Assembly (NCBI GenBank): GCA_910579435.1
Contig: CAJTVF010000001.1
Coordinates: forward strand, 34,412 to 98,411
Direction: 5' to 3'
DNA from: an uncultured Oscillibacter sp.
Lineage (GTDB): Bacteria > Bacillota > Clostridia > Oscillospirales > Oscillospiraceae
DNA: 64,000 bases
Positions 1 to 8,434 of the stretch are shown here, piece after piece. A program made the translations under genes and the position numbers. The stretch's first letter is position 1. Each line of letters starts with the position of its first letter. The notes below the pieces were generated by a model, which was given only the letters and a program-made list of their open reading frames with translations, was not told the DNA's origin and ran no database searches.

Positions 1-436
1 TCATGTACTCCCAAGTTGCAGAGACAATATCCCGGAGCTGATCCAGGGCTTTCTCTCTGCCGACGGCATCCTCCTTGAAATATTGGAGATTGCCGGTGTC
101 GCAGACCTGACACAGCGGGTTGCCGTCCAGTTCTACTTGGAGAGTATGGTCATCCTTGTACTCAACCGTATACTCCGCCGACAGGAGCTGCGCCCGCACT
201 TCCTTCAGGTATTTTGTTCTCATTTCCTGCTTCATAGTAATATCTGCAGCCTTCTTTCCTCTGAATTTGTTTGCGGCGCCCTTTTTGCCGCAGCTCATAT
301 GGGGGTATAAAACAACGTTGTTATTGGTGAGCTTGAAGCTCTCAAATGGCTTTCGTCCTGCCCTCCTGGTCATTGCCGCTTTACGCGGTTCGATCTCTTC
401 TGGCGTCAGAGACGGACCGCCGTAGTTGGTAGGCAA
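1..436 (-). CDS. Hypothetical protein of ICE/conjugative-element type, 3' end runs off the window (start could be TTG 436 or ATG 235)
   Basis: Hand translation gives an open frame from TTG at 436 (RBS AAAGGAG upstream) to position 1: MPTNYGG...MKQEMRTKYLKEVRAQLLSAEYTVEYKDDHTLQVELDGNPLCQVCDTGNLQYFKEDAVGREKALDQLRDIVSATWEYM. It resembles hypothetical proteins I associate with clostridial ICEs. Not in the ORF track because it has no stop in the window. Confidence 0.55.
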   Translation of the reverse strand, partial: MPTNYGGPSLTPEEIEPRKAAMTRRAGRKPFESFKLTNNNVVLYPHMSCGKKGAANKFRGKKAADITMKQEMRTKYLKEVRAQLLSAEYTVEYKDDHTLQVELDGNPLCQVCDTGNLQYFKEDAVGREKALDQLRDIVSATWEYM

Positions 437-784
437 CGTGATCGCTCCTTTCATCGATTGGTATCCGAAACGATATCACAACTGGTTTGTAACGGCTATT
501 CACTATTTTTAACTAATTTTGAGCGGTTCTCTCTCCGAAATGTTCAGAGCGCCCTTTTTGAAATAGAAAAGCACCGAATCTGCTGACTGGCATAGTCAAC
601 AAATTCGGCGCTGAAACTTCGTATAAAATACTGCTGTCAAATACCGTGTGCCTGTGCCCTTGAAAAAGGGCACTTTTGGATAAGCGGCGGGTTTTTTCGG
701 AAATAGGGGAGTTCGAACCCCTCCGGTCGTAGTGGAAAGGGGCAAAATATCCACTTTTGCGAATTTTGAAATCCGGGAAAACAA

Positions 785-845
785 AAAGACGAAACAATTG
801 GGGCTCTAGGCGTTCATGCCCAGATATCCAGATTGTTTCGTCTTT
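785..845 (-). terminator. Inverted repeat/terminator directly downstream of the duplicated tRNA 3' end
   Basis: AAAGACGAAACAAT (785-798) pairs with ATTGTTTCGTCTTT (832-845); followed by a T-rich tail on the minus strand. Confidence 0.55.
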
Positions 846-891
846 ATGGTGGAGACTACTGGACTCGAACCAGTGGCCTCATGCGTGTGAA
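846..891 (-). repeat. Distal att site: 46-bp copy of the tRNA-Val(CAC) 3' half
   Basis: ATGGTGGAGACTACTGGACTCGAACCAGTGGCCTCATGCGTGTGAA is identical to 19024-19069. Identity ends exactly at the 5' base of the anticodon loop (TTCACAC). Confidence 0.95.
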
Positions 892-1005
892 TATTCGATA
901 GGGAGAGTAGGAGTGACCTTTCCGTTCCATCCGGGCCTTTCGTGCCCGGATTTTGTCATTTCAGCATCCTATCCGCTCCATTGCCTCCGTCCAGATTTTT
1001 CTATC

Positions 1006-1025
1006 GTGGGTCAAGTTGTGGGTCA
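1006..1025 (+). repeat. Putative integrase arm-type sites (left end)
   Basis: GTGGGTCAAGTTGTGGGTCA, a tandem GTGGGTC repeat matched at 18920-18938. Confidence 0.65.
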
Positions 1026-1029
1026 GAAC

Positions 1030-1320
1030 TCAGATCACCTCTTGAAGCGGGTCTGCGGCGGAAGGACAGTTGTCGTACAGCTCACAAGGGTCAAGGTCAA
1101 TACAGGTGCTGGTATCTCGTGTCCCTTCTAAATCCCAGGCAACAGTGCCGTTCATGACCGTCAGGCTGTTTCGGAACACGGCCTCATCACAGAGCGGAGA
1201 AAAAACGCCACCCTGCTTCAAAAGCGGCTTTGCGTCTAAGAGCCGGATTGCGCCGTCAAGAAAATAAACATAAACTGTAAAGTCTTCTCCCGCTAAGACT
1301 TGGACAACTTGTGGGATCAT
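1030..1320 (-). CDS. DUF2442-like protein, putative antitoxin
   Basis: 96 aa, MIPQVVQV...VYFLDG..RLLDAKPLL..GGVF..L.D..VF.....NGTVAW pattern; directly downstream of a DUF4160-like gene. Confidence 0.75.
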   Translation of the reverse strand: MIPQVVQVLAGEDFTVYVYFLDGAIRLLDAKPLLKQGGVFSPLCDEAVFRNSLTVMNGTVAWDLEGTRDTSTCIDLDPCELYDNCPSAADPLQEVI

Positions 1321-1335
1321 ATAGTCTGCCTCCTC

Positions 1336-1596
1336 TCACATGAGCGGGTTAATACGGTTCAAAGGCTTTGCGTCTTTGGAGAGTTTCCAGTTTTGCATGA
1401 GCTCATCCCGGTGAAGCTCACACCAAGCCAAAATTAGCTTCAACTGCCGAGCGGGCAGTGCGCCTCGTATCACACAGCCTTCCTGAATATCGACCAGAGC
1501 TTTCTGGCCAGCATATTCTGCGTGAAAATGAGGAGGGTTATGATCGCTGTAAAACATTGTGATACGAATACCGCAGAACAAACTGATTTCAGGCAT
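1336..1596 (-). CDS. DUF4160-like (HicA-like) protein, putative toxin
   Basis: MPEISLFCGIRITMFYSDHNPPHFHAEY...W..LH.DELMQNW motif. ATG 1596 has RBS GGAGG; the ORF-track start at 1665 is probably too long. Confidence 0.85.
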   Translation of the reverse strand: MPEISLFCGIRITMFYSDHNPPHFHAEYAGQKALVDIQEGCVIRGALPARQLKLILAWCELHRDELMQNWKLSKDAKPLNRINPLM

Positions 1597-1666
1597 AGGA
1601 ATCGCCTCCGTCCTTAATATTTTCAGTATACCACAATTGTGAGAGAAAGAAAAGGGATTCTCCAAC

Positions 1667-1697
1667 TCAAAATTTGCGCTGCTATAAACAAAGATAA
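1667..1697 (+). repeat. Bipartite direct repeat, copy 1 (TCAAAATTTG-N7-ATAAACAAAGATAA)
   Basis: Both blocks recur at 17253-17282 with a 6-nt spacer. Confidence 0.6.
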
Positions 1698-1773
1698 GTC
1701 TTTCCAGTTTTTCCAGGCCGCTGCAGCGCCTATTTGGCTTGCGAGCAGGTGAGAAACGGTCTTATGGATGCTG

Positions 1774-2808
1774 CTAAGATCTGTCGGCCTGTCCGACTGT
1801 ACGGCAGGTGGCTCGCTGGATGAGCGTAGGAGTGATCAGCTTCCGGGTGAATTCCCCCTGGTCCCCGCTGCCGATGAGCTCCAGCATCAGCCGGACGGCG
1901 GCCCGGGCCAGCCGGGGCGTGTTCTGAGAGAGGGTAGTCAGCCGGATATTGGGCAGCGCGGCGTACTCGATGCCGTCGAATCCCAGGATGGACAGGCGGC
2001 CCGGGATGGCGATGCCCAGCTCGTCCGCCACTTGGATGAAGCCCAGGGCCACCGCGTCAGACACGGCGAAAACGGCTGTTTGAGAGAAGGGGCCGGAAAG
2101 GAATCCCCGGGCCAGCTGGCAGCCGCTCTCAATGGTGGAGGAGGACAAGGGATTGGGGACCGTCTCCACCGACATGCCCAGTTCCGTGGCGGCGGAGAGG
2201 AAACCTTGATGGCGCAGGACGTGGGTGGCGCTGCCGCTCCGATAGCCTAGGTAGGCCACGTTCCTGTGACCCAAGCCATGGAGATACTCCGCCGCCATGC
2301 GGCCTCCGGCGTAATTGTCTGTGCTCACCGTATTGGCCCGGAGGGGAGAATCCTCCGGCGCACAGGCCCCAAGGAGAATGCAGGGGACCTTCCCCATGGA
2401 GCGGCGGGCCAAGTCGTAAGCCCCGTCTCCGGCGCTGCTGAGGAGGATGCCGTCCACCCGCTGGCTGTAAAGGAAGTCAAATAGATCCTCAAGCCGGCCG
2501 TCTTCCCGGCGGCTGGAGCAGAACATCAGCTGATAGCCCGCCTCCTGGGCGCAGAGCTCGATGTTCAGGGCCAGGGCGGCGTGAAAGGGGTTGGCCATGT
2601 CGGGGACCACCAGCCCCAGCAGCTTGGAGCGGCTGGAGCTGAGGCTTCTGGCCAGCAGGTTGGCGCGGTAGCCCTGCTCCCGGCAAACCCGCAGGACCTT
2701 GTCCCGGGTCTCGCTGTGGATCTCCGGGGCGTCGTTGAGGGCCCGGGAAACCGTGGTGACGGAGACGCCGGCTAGGCGGGCGATGTCTTTGATGGTGACG
2801 CGTTGCAT
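1774..2808 (-). CDS. LacI-family transcriptional regulator
   Basis: N-terminal TIKDIARLAGVSVTTVSRALN HTH plus periplasmic-binding-like domain; divergent from the ABC operon. Confidence 0.95.
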   Translation of the reverse strand: MQRVTIKDIARLAGVSVTTVSRALNDAPEIHSETRDKVLRVCREQGYRANLLARSLSSSRSKLLGLVVPDMANPFHAALALNIELCAQEAGYQLMFCSSRREDGRLEDLFDFLYSQRVDGILLSSAGDGAYDLARRSMGKVPCILLGACAPEDSPLRANTVSTDNYAGGRMAAEYLHGLGHRNVAYLGYRSGSATHVLRHQGFLSAATELGMSVETVPNPLSSSTIESGCQLARGFLSGPFSQTAVFAVSDAVALGFIQVADELGIAIPGRLSILGFDGIEYAALPNIRLTTLSQNTPRLARAAVRLMLELIGSGDQGEFTRKLITPTLIQRATCRTVGQADRS

Positions 2809-2846
2809 GGGCCTTCCTCCTTTTCCCAGAAGAAACCAGACGGCTT

Positions 2847-2860
2847 TGGTAACGTTTGCA
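2847..2860. promoter_or_regulatory. LacI-type operator 1
   Basis: TGGTAACGTTTGCA fits the TGNAANCGNTTNCA pattern; ~40 bp upstream of the lacI start. Confidence 0.6.
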
Positions 2861-3094
2861 GAAATTCTCCCAAGACCAAGACAGAGAATGGGCGGCGGTG
2901 AGGAAAACGGAGGATACAGTGGCCGTCCGCCTAGAAAAGTTTTAACGATTTGTAAAATGCGTTGCTTTTTTCAGGAAGAAATAGCGACTTCTGACACTCT
3001 TATTATAACAGAGAATGCATAGCCTGGATATTGTGCAAACCTGATAAAAAAGAGCGGGCGTTGTGCATACATCTGTGGAAAATTTAAAACCGTC

Positions 3095-3151
3095 TTGACA
3101 AACTTCGGAAGTAAATGGTATTCTAACATCAGAAAACCGGAAACGTTTGCA
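3095..3151 (+). promoter_or_regulatory. Sigma-A promoter of ABC operon with downstream LacI-type operator 2
   Basis: TTGACA (3095-3100), 18 nt, TG-n-TATTCT (3119-3124); operator CGGAAACGTTTGCA at 3138-3151. Confidence 0.65.
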
Positions 3152-3205
3152 TAAATTATGCCGGCGTTTCCTGACTCAAGGAGAAAGAGAGGTTGCCTGT
3201 CTGAG

Positions 3206-5071
3206 ATGAAACCGAACGAGCAGAGTTATTCCAAGTCCAGGCGGCTGAAGAACCAGATCAAAGAAGTGGTGACGAATCCCTACAATGTCATTGTGGTCAT
3301 CGCCATCGTCCTTCTGACATATCTGATCGTCTTCCCGCTGGTGGATATGCTGTCCACCACCTTCCACCTGGCCCAGCGGGACCTGCGGTCCGTGCCCGGC
3401 GGGGTGGCCGGAGAATTCACCTTCTATTATTGGCAGCGGCTGCTGGCCAGCGACCTGACCATGAAGCTGCTGGTGCAGCCCCTGGTAAACTCCCTGATCA
3501 TCGGTGCCGGCGTGTCTATCTGCGCCATTGCTCTGGGCTCCGTCCTGGCGTGGCTGATGGTCCGGTCGGATCTGCCTTTCAAGCCCTTCTTCTCCCTGGC
3601 GGTGATCATCCCCTATATGATCCCCTCTTGGGTGAAGTCCCAGGCGTGGCTGTCCATGTTCAAGACGCCCCGGGTCGGCGGCGCGCCGGGCTTCGTGGCC
3701 TCCATCATGCTCAATATGGGCATGTCCCCGGATGCCATCGAGACGGTGCTGGGCCCCATCGCCTACGGTGAAATTGCCGTCATCATCGTGTTGAGCCTGC
3801 ATTACTACGCCTATACATACCTCCTGGTCTCTGCGGCGCTGAACTCCATCAACTCCGAGCTGGAGGAGATGGGCGAGATTCAGGGCGCCAGCAAGAGCCT
3901 GATCCTCCGGCGGATCACCCTGCCCTTGGTGCTGCCCGCCATGCTGTCGGCGGTCATCTTGACCTTCTCCAAGGCCATCGGCACCTTCGGTACCATCAAC
4001 TATCTGGGCTCCCCGGTAAACTTCCGCACCCTGTCCAGCGAGCTCTACTCCAATAACCGTTCCCAGAACACCCAGACGGCCTTCGCCATGGCGATTCTGA
4101 TGATTTGCATAGCCTCTCTGTCCGTCTTTATCAACCAGAAGCTCATTGGGTCCCGGAAGTCCTACGCCACCATCGGCGGCAAGGGCGGACGGTCCACTCC
4201 CATTGGCTTGGGCGGCTGGAAACCCATCATCACCCTGATCCTCATTGTGTTCTTCATCGTGGGCATCATTATGCCGGTGATCATCCTGATCGTGGAGAGC
4301 TGTATGCTGAAGGAGGGCACCTATTCCCTGGAGAATTTCACCTTGTATTACTGGATAGGCGAGGGGAACCCGAACATCATGGAGGGCGTCCCGGGGATCT
4401 TTAAGAACAGCAACTTCAAGCTGTCCCTGTGGAACTCCCTGAAGCTGACCCTGGTCAACGGCGTCTTTGGCACCATCTTCGGCCAGATGCTGGGCTATAT
4501 CTGCGCCAAGGGCCGGGGAACCTTCCATGGCCGCCTGGTAGAGCAGCTGGTCTTTATCCCCTACCTGATCCCCTCCGTGGCCTTCGGCGGCATCTACCTG
4601 AGCATGTTCTCCAAACCTCAGACGGTCTTTGGCGTGACCTTGGTCCCGGCGCTGTACGGCACCTTCGCCCTGCTGACGCTGACCAGCGTCGTGAAGCATC
4701 TGCCCTTCGCCTCCCGGGCGGGCACTTCCAACATGATGCAGATCAGCGGCGAGCTGGAGGAGGCCGCCACCATTGAGGGCGCGGGCTTCTTCAAGCGGTT
4801 CATTAAGATCGTGTTCCCCCTGTCCAAGGGCGGATTCATTTCCGGCTTCATGCTGATCTTCGTCTCCATCATGAAGGAGCTGGACCTGATCATCCTGATC
4901 ATGACCCCGACGACCTCCACGCTGCCCTATCTCGCGTTCCAGTACCAGAACCAGAACTGCCCCCAGGCGTCCGACTGCGTGGCCATCGTGATGTTCTCCA
5001 TCGTGTTCCTGGTATACGCGCTGGCCAATATCTTCGGAGACGCCGACCTCGCCAAGAGCATGGCGGGCTGA
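3206..5071 (+). CDS. ABC transporter permease, fused double domain (FbpB/AfuB-like)
   Basis: Two EAA-like loops (ELEEMGEIQGAS, ELEEAATIEGAG) and many TM segments; start approximate. Confidence 0.9.
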   Translation: MKPNEQSYSKSRRLKNQIKEVVTNPYNVIVVIAIVLLTYLIVFPLVDMLSTTFHLAQRDLRSVPGGVAGEFTFYYWQRLLASDLTMKLLVQPLVNSLIIGAGVSICAIALGSVLAWLMVRSDLPFKPFFSLAVIIPYMIPSWVKSQAWLSMFKTPRVGGAPGFVASIMLNMGMSPDAIETVLGPIAYGEIAVIIVLSLHYYAYTYLLVSAALNSINSELEEMGEIQGASKSLILRRITLPLVLPAMLSAVILTFSKAIGTFGTINYLGSPVNFRTLSSELYSNNRSQNTQTAFAMAILMICIASLSVFINQKLIGSRKSYATIGGKGGRSTPIGLGGWKPIITLILIVFFIVGIIMPVIILIVESCMLKEGTYSLENFTLYYWIGEGNPNIMEGVPGIFKNSNFKLSLWNSLKLTLVNGVFGTIFGQMLGYICAKGRGTFHGRLVEQLVFIPYLIPSVAFGGIYLSMFSKPQTVFGVTLVPALYGTFALLTLTSVVKHLPFASRAGTSNMMQISGELEEAATIEGAGFFKRFIKIVFPLSKGGFISGFMLIFVSIMKELDLIILIMTPTTSTLPYLAFQYQNQNCPQASDCVAIVMFSIVFLVYALANIFGDADLAKSMAG

Positions 5072-5092
5072 GAGAAAGGAGACGAAACGATC

Positions 5093-6214
5093 ATGAGCAA
5101 AATTGTTCTGACGAATGTTGATAAATTCTATGGCAAGAACCATGTCTTGAAAAATTTGAACCTGACCATCGAAGACGGGGACTTCATGACCCTGCTGGGT
5201 CCCTCCGGCTGCGGCAAGACCACCACTCTCCGCGTGGTCTCCGGCCTGGAGAAGCCCCAGAGCGGCTTTATCCACATGGACGGCCAGGAGATCGTCAACG
5301 CGGCGGAGGCCAAATTCGCCCCGCCCAGCAAGCGAAACCTGAATCTGGTCTTCCAGTCCTACGCCCTGTGGCCCCACATGACGGTGTTCGACAACGTGTC
5401 CTTTGGATTGAAGATCCGCAAGGAGCCCGCCGACGTCATTGAGAAGAAGGTCGCCTCCGCCCTGGAGCGGATGCAGATCGGCGAGTACGCCAAGCGCTAT
5501 CCCACCGAGCTCTCCGGCGGCCAGCAGCAGCGTGTGGCCATTGCCCGGGCCATCGTGTCCGAGCCCCGGCTGCTCCTCCTGGACGAGCCGCTTTCCAACC
5601 TGGACGCCAAGCTCCGGGTGGACATGCGGTCCGAGCTCAAGCGTCTCCACCATGAGACGGGCACCACCATCATCTACGTTACCCACGACCAGGTGGAGGC
5701 CCTGACCATGTCTACCCGCATCGCCCTCTACCGCAAGGGCGAGCTGGTCCAGGTGGCTCCGCCCCTGGAGCTGTACGACAACCCCTGCAACCTGTACACG
5801 GCGGACTTCATAGGAAACCCCAGCATCAATTTCATCAAGGGCACGGCCCGGGTTGAGGCGTCTGGGATGACCGTGGACAGCGCCATGGGCCAGCAGACTT
5901 ATGACCGGGCTGATATGACTCCCGATGCCCCCACGAGCGGCACGGTGGAAGTGACCCTGGGCCTCCGGCCCGAGCAGGTGACCATTTCCAAGACCCAGGA
6001 CGACGAGCACCAGGTGGAAGCTCACGTTTACTCCGGTATGCCCGCCGGGTCCGAGACCCTGGTCACCGTCCGGGTGGGGAAGGACCTGGTGACGGTGAAG
6101 GAGCTGGGCTCCACCCACTACGGCAGCGACGAAAAAGTGTTCCTGGGCTTCAATCCCAAGAAGATCAACGTCTTCGAGACCGCCAGTGAAAACCTCATCA
6201 AGTACTGCGTCTGA
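5093..6214 (+). CDS. ABC transporter ATP-binding protein (PotA/FbpC/MalK-like, C-terminal TOBE)
   Basis: Walker A GPSGCGKTT, signature LSGGQQQR, Walker B LLLLDEP. Confidence 0.95.
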   Translation: MSKIVLTNVDKFYGKNHVLKNLNLTIEDGDFMTLLGPSGCGKTTTLRVVSGLEKPQSGFIHMDGQEIVNAAEAKFAPPSKRNLNLVFQSYALWPHMTVFDNVSFGLKIRKEPADVIEKKVASALERMQIGEYAKRYPTELSGGQQQRVAIARAIVSEPRLLLLDEPLSNLDAKLRVDMRSELKRLHHETGTTIIYVTHDQVEALTMSTRIALYRKGELVQVAPPLELYDNPCNLYTADFIGNPSINFIKGTARVEASGMTVDSAMGQQTYDRADMTPDAPTSGTVEVTLGLRPEQVTISKTQDDEHQVEAHVYSGMPAGSETLVTVRVGKDLVTVKELGSTHYGSDEKVFLGFNPKKINVFETASENLIKYCV

Positions 6215-6286
6215 GCTGTGACCCCGCGGCAAAGGCCGCTTATACCCGAGGAATAAAACGGAAGATTTTTAAGGAGGAAAAGAATC

Positions 6287-7540
6287 ATGTTGAAGCGCAA
6301 AAATATCCTGGCCTGTCTGCTGGCCCTGGTGATGCTGCTGAGCCTGGCCGCCTGTGGAGGCGGCGGCGGAGACAGCCAGCCCAGCGGCGGAGACTCCCAG
6401 CCCTCCGGCGATGCCGGGCAGGCCGCTCCGGCGGACCCCGCCTCCGGAGACCTGACGGAGTGGGAGCAGAGTTCCGGCATCTACAACACCGATGAGACCG
6501 ACGAGGAGCTGTATCAGAAGGCCCTGGAAGAGGGCGCCACGGTGACCCTGTATTCCATCTCCTCCCGCTGCACCAAAGTGGCCGACGCCTTTATGGAGAA
6601 GTATCCCGGCCTGGAGTGCGTTCCCTTTGACATCTCCACCAACGACCTGCTGGAGAAGGTGACCAAGGAGTACGAGGCGGGAGCCCCCACGGCGGACGTG
6701 GTCCACATCAAGGACCAGGACGGCTCCATGTACCTGGAGTATGTAGCGAATAAGATTTTCTATAACTTCAAGCCCGCCGACATTTTCTCTCACATCGATC
6801 CCATCTACACCGAGACCCAGACCCCGCTGTACATTGAGCTGACCCAGCTTTTCTACAACACCGAAGCCTATCCCGACGGTTCCCCCATCACCAACCTCTG
6901 GCAGCTCACCGAGCCCCAGTGGAAGGGCAAGATCATGATGCAGAACCCTCTGGACAACTTGGCCTGGGGCTCCTGGATCGCCGGCTTCTGCGTGGGCGAG
7001 GAGCCCCAGCGCTTGGCCGACGCTTATAAAAACCTCTACGGTGAGGAGCTGACCCTCTCCGACGGCTGCGAGAACGCGGGCTATGAGTTCCTCAAGCGGC
7101 TCCATGCCAACGAGCCCATCTTCACCGCTTCCTCCGACGAAATCGCCGAGTCCGTGGGCACCCCCGGCCAGTCCGATCCCCCGGTGGGCTTCTGCGCCTC
7201 CTCCAAGCTCCGTAAGGCGGAGGAGAACGGCTGGCTGTTCGCTCCCGTGAACCTGGAGCCCGACACCGGCATCCCCGCCGTGAACACCCTGTATATTGTG
7301 GAAGGCAGCGAGCATCCCTCCGCCGCCAAGCTCCTGGTCCGCTTCATGATGGGCGGCGTGGACGGCGATATCGGCGGCTACAAGCCCTTCAACACCCTGG
7401 GCGGCTGGCCCGTCCGGGACGACCTGGCTCCCGCCGAGGGCTCCACTCCCTTCGCCGAAATCAACGTGGCTCCTTTCGACGCTACCGAGATCTATTACAA
7501 CTACAACACCGTCCGCGATTTCTGGCAGCAGCTGGGCTAA
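6287..7540 (+). CDS. ABC substrate-binding lipoprotein (AfuA/FbpA-like class)
   Basis: Lipobox LLSLAAC, G/S-rich linker, acidic binding domain with W.DL..P.WKGKI-like segment (WQLTEPQWKGKI). Confidence 0.85.
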   Translation: MLKRKNILACLLALVMLLSLAACGGGGGDSQPSGGDSQPSGDAGQAAPADPASGDLTEWEQSSGIYNTDETDEELYQKALEEGATVTLYSISSRCTKVADAFMEKYPGLECVPFDISTNDLLEKVTKEYEAGAPTADVVHIKDQDGSMYLEYVANKIFYNFKPADIFSHIDPIYTETQTPLYIELTQLFYNTEAYPDGSPITNLWQLTEPQWKGKIMMQNPLDNLAWGSWIAGFCVGEEPQRLADAYKNLYGEELTLSDGCENAGYEFLKRLHANEPIFTASSDEIAESVGTPGQSDPPVGFCASSKLRKAEENGWLFAPVNLEPDTGIPAVNTLYIVEGSEHPSAAKLLVRFMMGGVDGDIGGYKPFNTLGGWPVRDDLAPAEGSTPFAEINVAPFDATEIYYNYNTVRDFWQQLG

Positions 7541-7586
7541 GCGGAGGGAGAAAAACCATCCTGTTTTGATTTGAGCACCGCAAGAA

Positions 7587-7619
7587 GCGGCGGGCGGATG
7601 TCTGCCCGCCGCTTCTTCT
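7587..7619 (+). terminator. Rho-independent terminator after ABC operon
   Basis: GCGGCGGGCGGA/TCTGCCCGCCGC stem followed by TTCTT. Confidence 0.6.
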
Positions 7620-7638
7620 GCCAAGCTTGCTTTTATCA

Positions 7639-7667
7639 TTGCGTTTCACCCGCCCGGTGTTTATAAT
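7639..7667 (+). promoter_or_regulatory. Sigma-A promoter for second cargo operon
   Basis: TTGCGT, 17 nt, TATAAT. Confidence 0.6.
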
Positions 7668-7729
7668 GCAAAGGGAGAGTCTGCGTATTTTGACCCGAGC
7701 TGATCGCCCGGCTCTGGAGAGGAGCGCCT

Positions 7730-8434
7730 ATGAGTCTTTTTATCGACAAGCACAACCGGAGAAAAAGCCCCTTAGCCCTGGCAGCTTTCGGTGCGGCCCT
7801 ACTGTATTTTTGTGTGTTCGGGTTCCTTTACGCCGTCTTGGCGGAGCCCCTTTACGGCCATGTGCGGCTGGGCAGTCCGGCGGCTACCACGGCCGCCCAT
7901 AGTGTGATAATCGCTCTGGTGGGAACAGCGGCTTGCTGCCTGCTTTTCCTGCTGGAAGATAAACGGGTGGCGCCTCTGGGCTTTGCCGGATTGACAGTAG
8001 TTCTGGGGATGTTTTACGCCGCCGCCTTGATGCTGGAAGGAGAGGCGCGGAGCCTGATGATCCAGTTGATCACTATGTACGGCCTGTCCCCGGTCCTGAT
8101 AGGCAACGCCGTGGCTTGGCCGATCTATTTCAAGATGAAAAAGGCTGCTCCCACGCCAAAGCGCAGGAAGACCGTTCAGCAGGAGCTGATGGAGGCGGCG
8201 GCCCGAGAAGCCGAGAAGCAGGAGCGGAAACAAGCGCGGCAGGTGAAAAAGGGCCGGATTCCGGCCCCGCCGGAGGCGGCGGAGCCCGATCCTCCCCCCA
8301 AGCCGCCGGAGTCCCCCTCTCCGGAGGAGGCCCTGTTCGGCCCGGAGCCCGGGCCCAGCGCGTTCCGCTCTGAGGAAGAGGAAGCCATGCTTCTCTACAT
8401 GGACGACGATGATGATGAAACAGGCGACGATTAA
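7730..8434 (+). CDS. Hypothetical membrane protein (about 4 TM helices, Pro/acidic C-tail)
   Basis: Hydrophobic N-terminal two-thirds, then a charged coiled segment, Pro-rich stretch and DDDDDETGDD end; RBS GGAGGAG. Confidence 0.7.
   Translation: MSLFIDKHNRRKSPLALAAFGAALLYFCVFGFLYAVLAEPLYGHVRLGSPAATTAAHSVIIALVGTAACCLLFLLEDKRVAPLGFAGLTVVLGMFYAAALMLEGEARSLMIQLITMYGLSPVLIGNAVAWPIYFKMKKAAPTPKRRKTVQQELMEAAAREAEKQERKQARQVKKGRIPAPPEAAEPDPPPKPPESPSPEEALFGPEPGPSAFRSEEEEAMLLYMDDDDDETGDD

Noticed and set aside
705-722. AGGGGAGTTCGAACCCCT resembling a tRNA/tmRNA T-arm (possible extra att remnant)
   Set aside because: Loop length is off, there is no acceptor stem or CCA, and it does not match the three tRNAs here.
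3176-6232. Very long antisense ORFs (also 6269-7639, 29995-31551, 37233-39302, 42507-43880, 49424-51190, 62169-63908)
   Set aside because: They mirror well-identified genes on the opposite strand; high GC3 codon bias suppresses stops in the antisense frame; no motifs or RBS.
8402-8417. GAC/GAT triplet run as a phase-variable tract
   Set aside because: Short, in-frame, and explained by the Asp tail/Met start overlap.
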